The translations under genes and the position numbers were made by a program. The notes below the pieces were generated by a model. The model did not search any database. It saw only the letters and a program-made list of their open reading frames with translations, and was not told the DNA's origin. DNA of 64,000 nt, from contig JAGDMK010000001.1 in the NCBI GenBank assembly GCA_017860635.1, positions 15,727 to 79,726 of the forward strand. Reading direction: 5' to 3'. This DNA is from Bacteroidota bacterium (lineage in GTDB: Bacteria; Bacteroidota; Ignavibacteria; UBA10030; UBA6906). Of the stretch, positions 17,884 through 29,000 are shown in pieces; positions within the stretch are counted from its first letter, which is position 1; every line of letters starts with the position of its first letter.

Positions 17884-20046
17884 ATGAGGAGCCAATTCAT
17901 GGGCATAGCGCTCGCCGTGGTTCTCGTTTGCGCCTGTGCGCCCGCTCAATGGATACGAACCAACGGACCTTATGGTGGCTACGTCCACGCATTTGCTGCC
18001 AATGACACCAATCTTTTTGCGGCCACTTATGGCAGCGGTGTCTTTCTCTCCACTAACCATGGCAACAGCTGGACGCCGGCCAGCACAGGTTTGACGAACA
18101 GGGGCGTGAATACGCTTGCATTCAGCGGCACGAATCTCTTCGCCGGGACTGAGGGCGATGATGTCTTTCTCTCAACGAACAACGGTGAAAGCTGGACTGC
18201 CGTCAGCACTGGCTTGACGAATCAGTATATCTATGCCCTTGCTGTCTCCGGCACGAATCTCTTTGCCGGAGGTGGCGGCGTATTTCTTTCAACAAACAAT
18301 GGCACAAGCTGGAGTGCGGTCACAACGGGGTTGCCGACGGGATATGATGTCAGAGCTCTCGCCGTTTCCGGGACGAACCTTTTTGCAGGGACTTCTGGCA
18401 ACGGCGTCTTTCTCTCCACCGACAATGGCACCAACTGGACGCCGGCAAATGCGGGCTTGGAGCGCGCTAGTGTCTATGCTCTCGCCATCTCGGGGACGAA
18501 TCTCTTTGCTGGGACTTGGGGTAGTGGGGTCTTTCTTTCGACTGACAACGGCACAAGCTGGTCTTCGGCGAGTACAGGTCTGGTGAGTACATGTATTGTT
18601 GCCCTGGCCATTAGCGGGACCAACCTGTATGCGGGGGCAAGCCCCTCGTGAGGTAGTGCCCCGGCCTCAGGTGGGGTCAATGTTTCGACAGATAACGGAG
18701 CAAGCTGGAGAGCAGTCAATACCGGCTTGACGAATATGTATGTCTTAGCTCTTGGTGTCTTTGGGACGGATCTCATTGCCGGGACTGATGGCGATGGAGT
18801 CTTTCTCTCCACGAACAACGGTGAAATCTGGACAGCTGTCAACACAGGAATAACCAACACAGGTATCAACGTCATCGCTAGGAGCGATACAAATCTCTTC
18901 GCAGGGGCTCATGAGATGGGTATCTTTCTCTCCACAAACAATGGTGATAGCTGGACATCGGTCAGTGCAGGATTGGCGAACATGACTGTTAATGCTCTTG
19001 CATTTAGCGGCACAAGCGTTTTTGCGGGGACAGCGGGTGGAGTCTTTCTCTCCACGAACAACGGTTCAAGCTGGACGGCCGTCAGCGCATGGAGCGGGGA
19101 TGTCTGTGCCTTGTCTGTCAGCAACATGAATCTCTTTGCGGGGACTCATGGTGGCGTCTTTCGCTTCACCAACAATGACAGTAGGTGGACCGCAGTCGAC
19201 ACGCGTTTGACGAACGGGCCTGTCTTCGCGCTTGCTTCCAGCGACGGGTATCTTTTTGCGGGCACTGATCTTGGCGTATTTCGCTCCACGAACGATGGCA
19301 GTAGCTGGACAGCGGTCAACGCGGGTCTACCCGATAGGATGAATGTCCGTGATTTAGCTTTCAGCGGCACCAACCTTTTTGCGGGAACAGCTGAGTACGG
19401 TGTCTTTCTGTCTACAGACAATGGTGATAGTTGGACAGCCGTGAACACAGGCTTAGTCAACACGTGCGTGCAAGCGCTTGCAGTCGCCGGCACAAACCTC
19501 TTCGCGGGGACTGCTTTCCACGGTGTCTTTCTGTCTACAAACAATGGTAACAGTTGGACAGCCGTGAACTCAGGCTTAGCCAACACGGACGTGAAAGCGC
19601 TTGCTGTCAGCGGCGCCAACCTCTTCGCGGGAACAGCTGGAATATATATGCTTTCAGGTCGTTTTGGTGGTGGCGTGTGCAGACGACCTCTCTCAGAGAT
19701 GATTACTTCCATCGGAACCATCACAAACGGTCTCCCCGAAGAGTTCTTGCTCCATCAGAACTACCCAAACCCCTTCAACCCGAGCACCACCATCAAATAC
19801 GAGTTGCCTGCATCGTCTGATGTCAAACTGAGTGTGTACGATGTGCTTGGTCGTGAGGTGTCAGTATTAGTGAATGAGAGAAGGGATGCGGGAGTTCACG
19901 AAGTGAAGTTTGACGGTTCTGGTCTTGCGAGCGGATTGTATTTCTACCGATTACAGGTCCGCCCTCTGGACTCCGCCATCGAGCGAGACTCCAAGAGCGG
20001 AGCTGGCGATTTCGTAGCGACGAAACGACTCCTGTTATTGAAGTAA
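17884..20046 (+). CDS. Secreted BNR-type beta-propeller with T9SS sorting domain; in-frame TGA at 18649-18651, predicted selenocysteine (U256; 720 aa on read-through)
   Basis: ORFs 17884..18651 and 18727..20046 share a frame; read-through GSAPASGGVNVSTDNGASW continues the repeat; SECIS-like hairpin follows. Confidence 0.8.
18649..18687 (+). promoter_or_regulatory. Putative bacterial SECIS element 3
   Basis: TGA + 11 nt + GGCCTC-AGGT-GGGGTC hairpin (two G-U pairs); loop at +18..+21. Confidence 0.7.
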
Positions 20047-20186
20047 GCGGGATGTCAGATGCAGTTTTGGCATGATGGCTTTCCCAGCCATCGAGCCGCC
20101 GAGTGTTCTCTTGCTACACGACGATCCATCGAGTCCTGTTTCAAGTCACTTATTTCCGACAGCGATCGCGTCCTAAGGAGGACAAG

Positions 20187-22754
20187 ATGAAAGACAGGTC
20201 TTTCTGTCTCGCAGATCCATCAACGGCAACGACCCTCAGAAGATATTGCATGGTTCTTCTTTCCTTGGTCCTGTTGTCCGCCGACCTCTGGGCACAACGT
20301 GGAGCCTGGACAAGGAAAGCAGACATGCCAACTGCAAGGGCCGTTGTCTCCGTTTGTGTCGTCAACAACAAGATCTATGTGATCGGAGGAGTGGACAGGA
20401 TCGGCGGTAGTCTCGTCAGCGTGGCTGTCAACGAAGTCTATGACCCTTCAACGAATACCTGGGAAGTGAAGAAGCCTCTGCCGTTACCCAGATCGTTTGT
20501 TTCCACAGCGGCTGTGGACAGCATCGTCTATGCCATAGGCGGCATTCACGAGGGGTTTCATCCCGATGTTGGTACGTCGACAGTTTACGCTTATGATACA
20601 GGGACTGATTCGTGGACCCAGCGAGCAAATATGCTTGGGCCGAGGTATGCTGCATCGCCGGGCGTTGTTGATGGAATCATCTATAATGTTGGGGGTAATC
20701 ATGTTGAGCACAATTGCGAAGCGTACAATCCGGCAACAGACACATGGACGAGGAAGGAGGATATCCCTGAGGCCTACGGAGGTGTAATGGTGGCCTCATA
20801 TGGTGGACTACTCTATGGATTCGGTGGAGGATTTGACAGATCATTCCAAACAGTCTACGCTTATGATCCGAAGACAGACAGATGGACAAAGAAAGCAAAC
20901 ATGCCTACGGCCAGAGCTACTTCCCAGGCCGTTGTAGTCGACGGCAAGATGTACGTCCTGGGAGGATACACTTCTTATCCCCTCGGTGATGTGCTGCCGG
21001 ATCTGGAAGTATATGATCCAGTTGCAGACCGCTGGAAAAAGTTGCCAGACATGCCATTCCCGCGCACAATGTTTGGAGCTGCCGCAGTAAACGGTAAGAT
21101 TTATGTAATAGGTGGAACATTTGACTATCAGATGGGTTTCAACGATGTGTGGGAGTATGATCCCGCATTCCATACGGATATTGCCGCAGGTACGGTCAGC
21201 GGCACCTGGACGCTGGACGGCTCTCCATATCACATCAATGGCGAAATCACAGTACCGAACGACTCAACACTCACCATAGAGCCGGGAGTGGAAGTTGTAT
21301 TCCTGGGGCATTACAAATTTAACGTCCAGGGCAGGCTGCTGGCAGTCGGCACACAACAGGATACGATACGATTCAGAGCTGCGGATACGCAGACCGGCTG
21401 GCACGGGATACGGTTCGAGGATACCCCCAGTACAAACGATACGTCAAAGATCTTCTACTGCTCACTGAAGTATGGAAACGCAAACACAGGCTCTGGTCTT
21501 GATCGAAGTGGCGGTGCAATGCTGATATCTCATTTCGACAAAGTCTTGGTGTCCCACTGCCTGTTTGATTCCAATCAGCAGAGTGGTGATGGGTGGCATC
21601 CGCCCGAAGCAGATGGCGGAATCTTTGTTTACTATGCTTCAACGACAATTACGAATAGTACGTTTTCCAACAATACAAGTTCAAAAAGTAGCGCGATCGG
21701 ATGTGTATATTGTCCTAATGTCATCATATCAAACAACGTGTTTCACAACAACACTGGGAAGTATGGTGCCCTCGCCTGTTGCTACTATAGCCGGGGAACG
21801 ATATCAGGCAACATGTTCTACAACAATGTCGCAACTGAAGCTGCAGGTGGACTGCTCATTGACAACGGTGGGGCGCCGACCATTGCAAATAATGTCATTG
21901 TTCACAACCAAGGCTTCGTTGGCGGCATCTTGTGCTATAAAGGTGGCAAGCCAGTCTTGATCGGAAATACTATTGCCTACAACACAGCCAGCTATGCAGG
22001 GGGCGGTGTTGGCTGTAGTGAGGATGGCAATCCAGTTCTCATCAACAACATCATCTATGGCAATGCTGCTCCTATTGGAAAAGAAGTAGCCCTTGACGAT
22101 GAGTCGTGTGATCCGACTATTCTGTACTGCGATATCGAGGGTGGTAAGGCAGGCCTCGGGGGGACAGGCGCTGGAGCAAGTTATGCCGGGCTTTATGAAC
22201 ACAACATCGACGCTGACCCTCTGTTTGTTGATCCCGCCTCGGATGATTACCGTCTTTCAAATCATTCTCCATGTATTGGTGCTGGCACTGACTCAGTGGA
22301 GATCGCCGCGGTCTGGTACCGTGCTCCTGCATACTGTATAGGAGGGCGTGCCCGACCAAGCCCAGCCGGAACGAGGCCCGATATCGGGGCTTATGAGAAT
22401 CTCTTTGGATCACCAGTTGGTGTCAGTCAAGGGCTAATGAGCCCAAAGGAATTTTCTCTCCATCAGAACTACCCAAACCCGTTCAACCCAAGCACGATCA
22501 TCACGTACGAGTTGCCAAAATCCTCGGTAGTGAGGTTGAGCGTATACGACATGCTTGGACGTGAGGTGGTAGTGCTGGTGAACGAAAGGAGAGAGGCGGG
22601 AGTTCACGAGGTCAAGCTCGACGCGTCGGGATTATCGAGCGGAGTGTATTTTTACCGATTACAGGTCCGCCCTCCGGACTCCGCCATCGGGCGAGACCTC
22701 AAGGACGGAGCGGGGGACTTTGTAGGCACGAAGCGGCTCCTCTTGTTGAGGTAA
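20187..22754 (+). CDS. Secreted Kelch-repeat + parallel beta-helix protein with T9SS sorting domain
   Basis: AAGGAGG RBS; KIYVIGG...YDP..W Kelch repeats; beta-helix module paralogous to the 10996 gene; sorting domain. Confidence 0.9.
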   Translation: MKDRSFCLADPSTATTLRRYCMVLLSLVLLSADLWAQRGAWTRKADMPTARAVVSVCVVNNKIYVIGGVDRIGGSLVSVAVNEVYDPSTNTWEVKKPLPLPRSFVSTAAVDSIVYAIGGIHEGFHPDVGTSTVYAYDTGTDSWTQRANMLGPRYAASPGVVDGIIYNVGGNHVEHNCEAYNPATDTWTRKEDIPEAYGGVMVASYGGLLYGFGGGFDRSFQTVYAYDPKTDRWTKKANMPTARATSQAVVVDGKMYVLGGYTSYPLGDVLPDLEVYDPVADRWKKLPDMPFPRTMFGAAAVNGKIYVIGGTFDYQMGFNDVWEYDPAFHTDIAAGTVSGTWTLDGSPYHINGEITVPNDSTLTIEPGVEVVFLGHYKFNVQGRLLAVGTQQDTIRFRAADTQTGWHGIRFEDTPSTNDTSKIFYCSLKYGNANTGSGLDRSGGAMLISHFDKVLVSHCLFDSNQQSGDGWHPPEADGGIFVYYASTTITNSTFSNNTSSKSSAIGCVYCPNVIISNNVFHNNTGKYGALACCYYSRGTISGNMFYNNVATEAAGGLLIDNGGAPTIANNVIVHNQGFVGGILCYKGGKPVLIGNTIAYNTASYAGGGVGCSEDGNPVLINNIIYGNAAPIGKEVALDDESCDPTILYCDIEGGKAGLGGTGAGASYAGLYEHNIDADPLFVDPASDDYRLSNHSPCIGAGTDSVEIAAVWYRAPAYCIGGRARPSPAGTRPDIGAYENLFGSPVGVSQGLMSPKEFSLHQNYPNPFNPSTIITYELPKSSVVRLSVYDMLGREVVVLVNERREAGVHEVKLDASGLSSGVYFYRLQVRPPDSAIGRDLKDGAGDFVGTKRLLLLR

Positions 22755-23124
22755 TCATAATCGCTGCAATACGCCACATACGATTCTGTCAGAAGCCATT
22801 GCCGAAGCCGGGAGAAACTCCGGTTTCGCTGTCTTCTGTGGCGACTGTGTCCGAGTGACTCGACCCCGATGGTCTACAAAGTGTAGGCAAATTCGCGAGT
22901 TGGTCTACAAAAAGCAGTGTGCACAAAAATTCGAAATCGGGAATCGCATAGTATTCACAAGGCTTTCCTGGTAGTCGAATTAAGGAGGTGAATCGCCAGT
23001 ACTATTCGAATCATCGCTACTCCTCGATTTTCCATTTTCAGTCAACCCTGGTTACCAGCCAGGTTCCATCTCCGTTCCTGCACACCCCACTCGTCCCATG
23101 AAGCTAGTCAATGCTATCCTGTCG

Positions 23125-23259
23125 TTGACATTGGCCATGGGCCGGAGTATATTTGCATGTTGAACACACGATGGCCTCGTCAGCCATCGAGCCGCCGCTA
23201 TTTGACCCTGTAGTAGTTCCCGGCAAAGAGCCTTTCCCGACGAGCCCTGGCTTGTAGCC
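23125..23259 (+). promoter_or_regulatory. Sigma70-type promoter + conserved leader element, copy 3
   Basis: TTGACA-17-TATATT then leader motif. Confidence 0.7.
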
Positions 23260-23446
23260 GATTGATTCTCCAGCCGTTCATTGACGTTTGTGCGCTCTGA
23301 GTCGAAGTAGTAGTCAGTGAGCGACCTGGGGAAAGGTCACCTTTGTCTTCCGTGTCTCCGATCCGTCGATGCACCGGATCAAGGGTATGGGTGCATGGGT
23401 GAATGTGCTCATGTCTCCCAATTCCTTGTCCCAGGAGGGGATAACC

Positions 23447-25183
23447 ATGAAAATCTGTGGACCTACAATATTTCTTTGGTTCGTGATCCTTGCCCTTCTG
23501 CTCCCCACCTTTGCGCTTTCACAATTTACGCGAGAGTGGGTTGCCACCTATGACGGCAGTGTCCCTGATTCGACCGGGTACGTGTACACCAGTTGGGACA
23601 ATCTCCAAGAAATGCTTGTAGACCGGGACGGGAATATCATTCTCGTGGGCGAAACTAACCCGGCCCCTTTTGAATATTCGTTGACCACAGTGAAGTTCAG
23701 TCCGCAAGGGAAGCAGTTGTGGAAGATTGATGTCCCTTTTCCGAAAGGACCCGTGAGCAGTAACTGTCAAATGGCAGTTGATGCAAAAGGAAACGTCTTT
23801 ATTGCCTACGCCGGAGCCGTGGGGGATTCTGCGGGGTGGGTCGTCCGCCGCTTTTCTGCTGCGGGGAGCTTAACCAGAACTTTCATCTTCCCGATAGCGG
23901 AGGATATCGCGGATTGGCCAAACGCAATTGCGATAGACACATCGGATAATATCATCCTTACCGGCAAGAGTAATACGGGCGGGCTTCAGTGGGACTGCGC
24001 GACGATGAAGGCAGATTCGGCCGGTAACCTCCTTTGGACGAGGCTGTACGACAGCGGTGGATGGGATGACGGTCTTGAAATCTGCCTTGACGATTCGAAC
24101 AATATCATGGTGGCTGCCGTCGGAGCGGGGTTCGGTACCGATGACGATATGGTGACGCTCAAGTACGATGGCAACGGGAACCTCTGCTGGGCGAAGGACT
24201 ATAACGGCGGCGGACTTGGATGGACGGATGATTGGCCAGTGTCCATACAATCAGATGCTGCGGGAAACGTCTATGTAACAGGGTATAGCCAACCTTCTGA
24301 GTCTGCCTGGTATGGCATCGCTACCCTCAAGTATGCCCGCGACGGCAGAGAGATGTGGTGCAGGAGAATCGAGGATGCCCTTGTTGGGTGCTTCGATTTT
24401 TCTTCTCATCATACAATGCATGTGGATGACATCGGCAATGTCTATCTTACCGGCAGCACGGATCCTGATTCTGGTTCGGATGACCTCTTGACTTGCAAGT
24501 ATTCGACCGATGGATCTCTGCTCTGGAAGACAATTTACCCGGACAGCGCGCGCGGTGATGACCTAGGAAAGGGGATAACTGTTACACCCTCGGGCCACGT
24601 GGTCGTTGCAGGCGAAGTCTACGAGACGCTCTCGGCAGGCAGGTATCCCACGATCCTTTGCTATGACACTGCGGGCAGAATCGTCGGACGTGATATTTAT
24701 CATGGCAACGTTAGCCCGCTGGAAAAGTGGGCCTTCTCCGTTGCCATGGGTCCGGACAACAGTATTTATCTTTCTGGAATGGATGAAGATTGGGCCACGG
24801 GCCGTGATTTTCTTCTGATCAAGTATTCTCTCACGGTCACAGGAGTTGAATCACCACACAGATTGTCTCTCCCCGACGAGTTCGCCCTGGCACAAAACTT
24901 CCCCAATCCCTTTAATCCGAGCACGACCATCGAATTCGAATTGCCCCTGTCATCGGAAGTCAGATTGAGTGTGTACGATATGCTCGGGCGGGAGGTGGAG
25001 GTTCTCGTGAATGAAAGAAGGAACGCGGGAGTTCACGAGGTCAAGCTCGACGCGTCGGGACTATCGAGCGGAGTGTATTTTTACCGATTGCAGGTCCGCC
25101 CTCTGGACTCCGCCATCGGGCGAGACTCCAAGAGCGGAGCAGGAGATTTCGTGGCGACGAAACGGCTGCTTCTGTTAAGATAG
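23447..25183 (+). CDS. Secreted SBBP-type beta-propeller with T9SS sorting domain
   Basis: GGAGG RBS; signal peptide; DxxGNVYVTG...D..T.KYxxxGxxxW repeats; sorting domain. Confidence 0.88.
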   Translation: MKICGPTIFLWFVILALLLPTFALSQFTREWVATYDGSVPDSTGYVYTSWDNLQEMLVDRDGNIILVGETNPAPFEYSLTTVKFSPQGKQLWKIDVPFPKGPVSSNCQMAVDAKGNVFIAYAGAVGDSAGWVVRRFSAAGSLTRTFIFPIAEDIADWPNAIAIDTSDNIILTGKSNTGGLQWDCATMKADSAGNLLWTRLYDSGGWDDGLEICLDDSNNIMVAAVGAGFGTDDDMVTLKYDGNGNLCWAKDYNGGGLGWTDDWPVSIQSDAAGNVYVTGYSQPSESAWYGIATLKYARDGREMWCRRIEDALVGCFDFSSHHTMHVDDIGNVYLTGSTDPDSGSDDLLTCKYSTDGSLLWKTIYPDSARGDDLGKGITVTPSGHVVVAGEVYETLSAGRYPTILCYDTAGRIVGRDIYHGNVSPLEKWAFSVAMGPDNSIYLSGMDEDWATGRDFLLIKYSLTVTGVESPHRLSLPDEFALAQNFPNPFNPSTTIEFELPLSSEVRLSVYDMLGREVEVLVNERRNAGVHEVKLDASGLSSGVYFYRLQVRPLDSAIGRDSKSGAGDFVATKRLLLLR

Positions 25184-25345
25184 TCTGTGACTCGAAGCAA
25201 GAGTCAATGAGCCGCCGAGTGTAAATGCACTGCCTTCCCGCCCGATTACGTCGGGCGGAATGGCACTACGGATAGGGGTGAGAATTCTCTAGCGCTGTGA
25301 CAACTCGCCAGCCGCCTGAACCACGACAAGAGGATAGCTCAAAAC

Positions 25346-25642
25346 CTACCACGAACGCCGGCCACCCTGTTGCTTCCCTCCGTGACCCGGTTTGCGCTCT
25401 ACCCGTGGACGAGCTTCTGTCACGTCCATAGACTGACCCTTAAGAGGCTTCCGGTGTAGTCCGGCGATTGCCGCTTCTGCCTGGGCTTTGTCAGGCATTT
25501 CAACGAACGCGAATCCCTTGGAGCCCCCACCGAACTTATCCTTGACCACCTCCACCGATGACAGTGTGCCAAAAGGTTCGAAGGCGGCCCGCAATTCTGC
25601 ATCCGTAACATCGCGCGAGAGGTTTCCGACGAAAAGTTTCAT
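25346..25642 (-). CDS. RRM-domain RNA-binding protein with Gly/Arg-rich tail
   Basis: RNP2 KLFVGNL and RNP1 KGFAFVEM; EARPR motif. Confidence 0.95.
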   Translation of the reverse strand: MKLFVGNLSRDVTDAELRAAFEPFGTLSSVEVVKDKFGGGSKGFAFVEMPDKAQAEAAIAGLHRKPLKGQSMDVTEARPRVERKPGHGGKQQGGRRSW

Positions 25643-25777
25643 AATGTTCTTCCGTTTGTTCACATGCTTAAGAGACAATACCAATATACGGCTTTCGGAG
25701 ATAGCGTCCTAATGTCCCGCCGCGGCTTCAAGTCCGTCTCCTGCTACAGGAGAAGCGAAAGAGTCGCCATCCCGTCG

Positions 25778-25975
25778 TTGACATTGCTCGCTAGCCGGAG
25801 TATATTTGCTCAGTTATGTGCACGATGGCTCCACCAGCCATCGAGTCCGTCATCCTGACATCCTGGGATGACGAGACCTCGTCCCGCCTCCGACGGGACG
25901 GGCCGCCGCTGTTTGACCCTGCAATGGTTCTTTCGCTTTAGAGCCTACCCCGACGACCCCCTGGCTGCAAGCCTC
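25778..25975 (+). promoter_or_regulatory. Sigma70-type promoter + conserved leader element, copy 4 (with palindromic insertion ~25846-25902)
   Basis: TTGACA-17-TATATT; leader motif split between GAG and CCGCCG by ~57 bp bounded by TCCGTC/GACGGG. Confidence 0.7.
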
Positions 25976-26088
25976 AGAGTATAGTGATTCTGACTTGGCA
26001 CCAACTCAGGAGCCAGATCACTCTTTCATGGATTGAATCCCTTGCTCTCCTCATTTGCAGCACTCCGGTTAGTACAAGAAGGCACATC

Positions 26089-29000
26089 ATGTTGTTTCCT
26101 TCGTTGAGAAGCTGCTGGAAACTCAAGGTCCTCCAACCTGTGTGTGTCCTTTTGTTCAGTCTGCAGTGCATTGTATTCTCAGCCCCACGAGAGACAATTC
26201 GATTTCAGCATTTCGGTGTCGAGCAGGGACTCCCGAACAGCGCCGTGAACTGGATTCTGCTGGACGGTCACGGGTATCTCTGGGTTGCCACAGTCGACGG
26301 TCTTGGCCGCTATGACGGATACCGGTTCCAGGTTTATCGAAATAACTCCGAAGACGAAGCGAGCTTGAGCTCCAACGACGTGAGAACTCTTTTTGAGGAT
26401 CGATCCGGGAATTTGTGGGTCGGGACAAATGGGGGGTTAAACAGATTCGACTGGAAAACGGAGAAGTTCAGGCGATACCTTTACAGTGCTCATGACGACA
26501 ACAGCATCAGTTCCGATTCCATCACGACAATAGGTGAGGATGGCAAGGGTGAGTTGTGGATTGGAACGAAGGCTGCTGGCCTGAACACGTTCAACGCACA
26601 TAAGAACAATTTCACGCGGGTGGTGCTTGATACGAGTGCGCGGACGGTGGGAAAAAAGACCTTGTGCGACAACAGAGTACGCGCCATCATTCGGGATCAC
26701 AAAGGGGTTCTCTGGATTGGAACACGAGGTGGGTGGTTGCACAGGCTTGATCCCGTCACGAACGAATTCGATTGCTATCGAAGTGCTCGTACTCATACGG
26801 ACGTTCTCGATCCCGATGGAGTGAGGGCTCTCTGTGAAGACCATTCCGGGAATATTTGGCTTGGGACGTTCGAAGCTGGTATTAAGAAGTTCGATCCGAT
26901 GACGAGGAAGTTCGAGACATTCATCCACAGGTCAGGGGATCCTACAAGCCTGAGCAACAACGCCGTTAATCAGCTGCTTGTTGATCGAACGGGCGATCTG
27001 TGGATCGCGACATTTAACGGAGGCCTCGATAGACGACGCTGGCCGGAAAGGAAGTTCAAGCATTATGTGAACAACCCTAAGGACCCCGTAACCCTGAGCA
27101 GTGATAACGTCACTTCTCTTTGTGAAGATCAATCCGGGACGGTGTGGGTCGGGACTGCAGTTGGCCTTGACAAATATGTTGCAGGAATGAATATCTTTCG
27201 ACACTTCTCTCACGACCCTGACGATCCGAAGAGCCTGAGCAACAATTTCGTTGCATCGATCAAGGAGGATCGCTCGGGGAATCTGTGGGTCGCTACGTTT
27301 GGTGGGGGACTCAACCAATTCGATCCAGCAACCGGAGTGTTCGAACATTTCTTGCATAGTCCCAGAGACGCGGGTAGCATCTGCAGCAATTACGTCACCG
27401 GTCTCTGTGTGAGTCGCTCGGGCTCGTTGTGGATCGGCACGATGGGAGGAGGTCTTGACAAGCTTGCTCCTGGAAGCCGGAAATTTCAACACTATCCGAA
27501 AACCAGAAGTGACACACGCATCCGCACAATCTATGAGGATGGATCAGGCCTGTTGTGGTACGGCACATACAGTGCGGGACTGAAGAAATTCAATCCCCGA
27601 ACGAATCAGCTTACACATTTCTTTCAGGACCCGAATAATCCTCATAGCGTGACCAGTAATGTGGTTTGGGAGTTCGAAGTGGATACTGCCCGTAAGAACG
27701 AAGGGCTCCTATGGATTGCAGCCAATCATGGATTCACGAGATGTGACATGAAGCGTGAGAAATTCCAACAGTTCTTTCCGGACACTCAATACACGAGTCG
27801 AAGCAATAACATCATGCAGACTCACCAGGATCACTCTGGCACGCTCTGGCTTGCAACTCTGGGCGGTCTCTGGGGCTTTGAACCGAAAACCGGGGCCTTC
27901 GAGCACTTTACCAGCAAGGACGGTCTGGCGAATGACCTTGTTTGGAATTTGGAAGAGGATGACCATGGACGGTTGTGGATCGCGACCGGCAGCGGTCTTT
28001 CCCGATTTGATCCTCGCACGAAACAGTTTAGGAATTACGATGCCGGGGACGGGTTGCAGGGAATCCGCTTCAATTATGGCTGCCACAGCAAACTCAGAAG
28101 TGGCGAACTGTGCTTCGGAAGCACCGATGGTTTCACCATGTTCCACCCTGATAGCGTAAAGGAGAACACGCACGTTCCCCCAATTGTCATTGCAGGTTTC
28201 AGGAAGTTCAACAAACCGGTCGACATTCGGGAGGCCGTTGGTCAGTCCGGCGCGGTCGAGCTTTCATACAAAGAAAACATGTTCTCCTTTGAGTTTGCTG
28301 CATTGGACTTTGTTCGCCCCGAAGAGAATCAGTACGCCTACAAGCTCGAGGGGTTTGACAAGGATTGGGTGTACTGCGGCACGCGCCGATCGGCAACGTA
28401 TACAAACCTCGATGGCGGAGAATATGTCTTTCGAGTTAAGGGAGCGAACAATGATGGTGTTTGGAACGAAGAAGGGGCTTCCATGGCTGTCATTATCACG
28501 CCCCCGTTCTGGGCAACATGGTGGTTCCGGATACCGGCAATGATCGCTCTGCTTGGCATTGTCGGCAAAACAGTCCGGTACGTTGAAAAGAGAAAGCTGA
28601 TGAGAAGAATCGAACAGTTGGAACTGGAGCAAGCCCTGGTGAACGAACGTGCCCGCATTTCACAAGACATGCACGATGAGATTGGGTCCAGTTTGTCAGA
28701 GATTGCCATACTGGGTGAGTTGGCGAGAAAGAAGCCAGAGGAAGCGGAAAGGTACATTCAGCAGATCTCCGAACGCGCAGCGGAGGTGATTGACAGTGTC
28801 AGCGAGATCGTCTGGGCGATGAATCCGAGCTACGACACACTTGACAGTCTCGTCGCTCGCATGCGAAGGGATGCGGTCAAATATTTGGGCTTTGCGAACA
28901 TTTCCTGCAGGTTCGCTGCTCCTGACGTTGTTCCTAGCCTCCCCCTCCGCGCTGAACTGCGCAGGAATCTTTTCCTTGTCGTCAAGGAAGCTCTTCACAA

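Noticed and set aside
6320..18651. Genome-wide UGA reassignment (Trp or Gly) as the explanation for the in-frame TGAs
   Set aside because: TGA ends genes exactly at the conserved sorting-domain terminus (5745, 10729, 13305, 15566, 32728), where paralogs use TAA/TAG, and the other long genes have no internal TGA
6320..18651. Three independent nonsense pseudogenes, or six separate genes as the ORF track suggests
   Set aside because: Same codon, same loop position and same hairpin register in all three; no other lesions; downstream halves lack signal peptides. Disfavoured, but not formally excluded without selABCD data
25643..25770. Chlorobi-RRM RNA motif upstream of the RRM gene
   Set aside because: Plausible by context, but I cannot verify a match by eye; needs an Rfam covariance search
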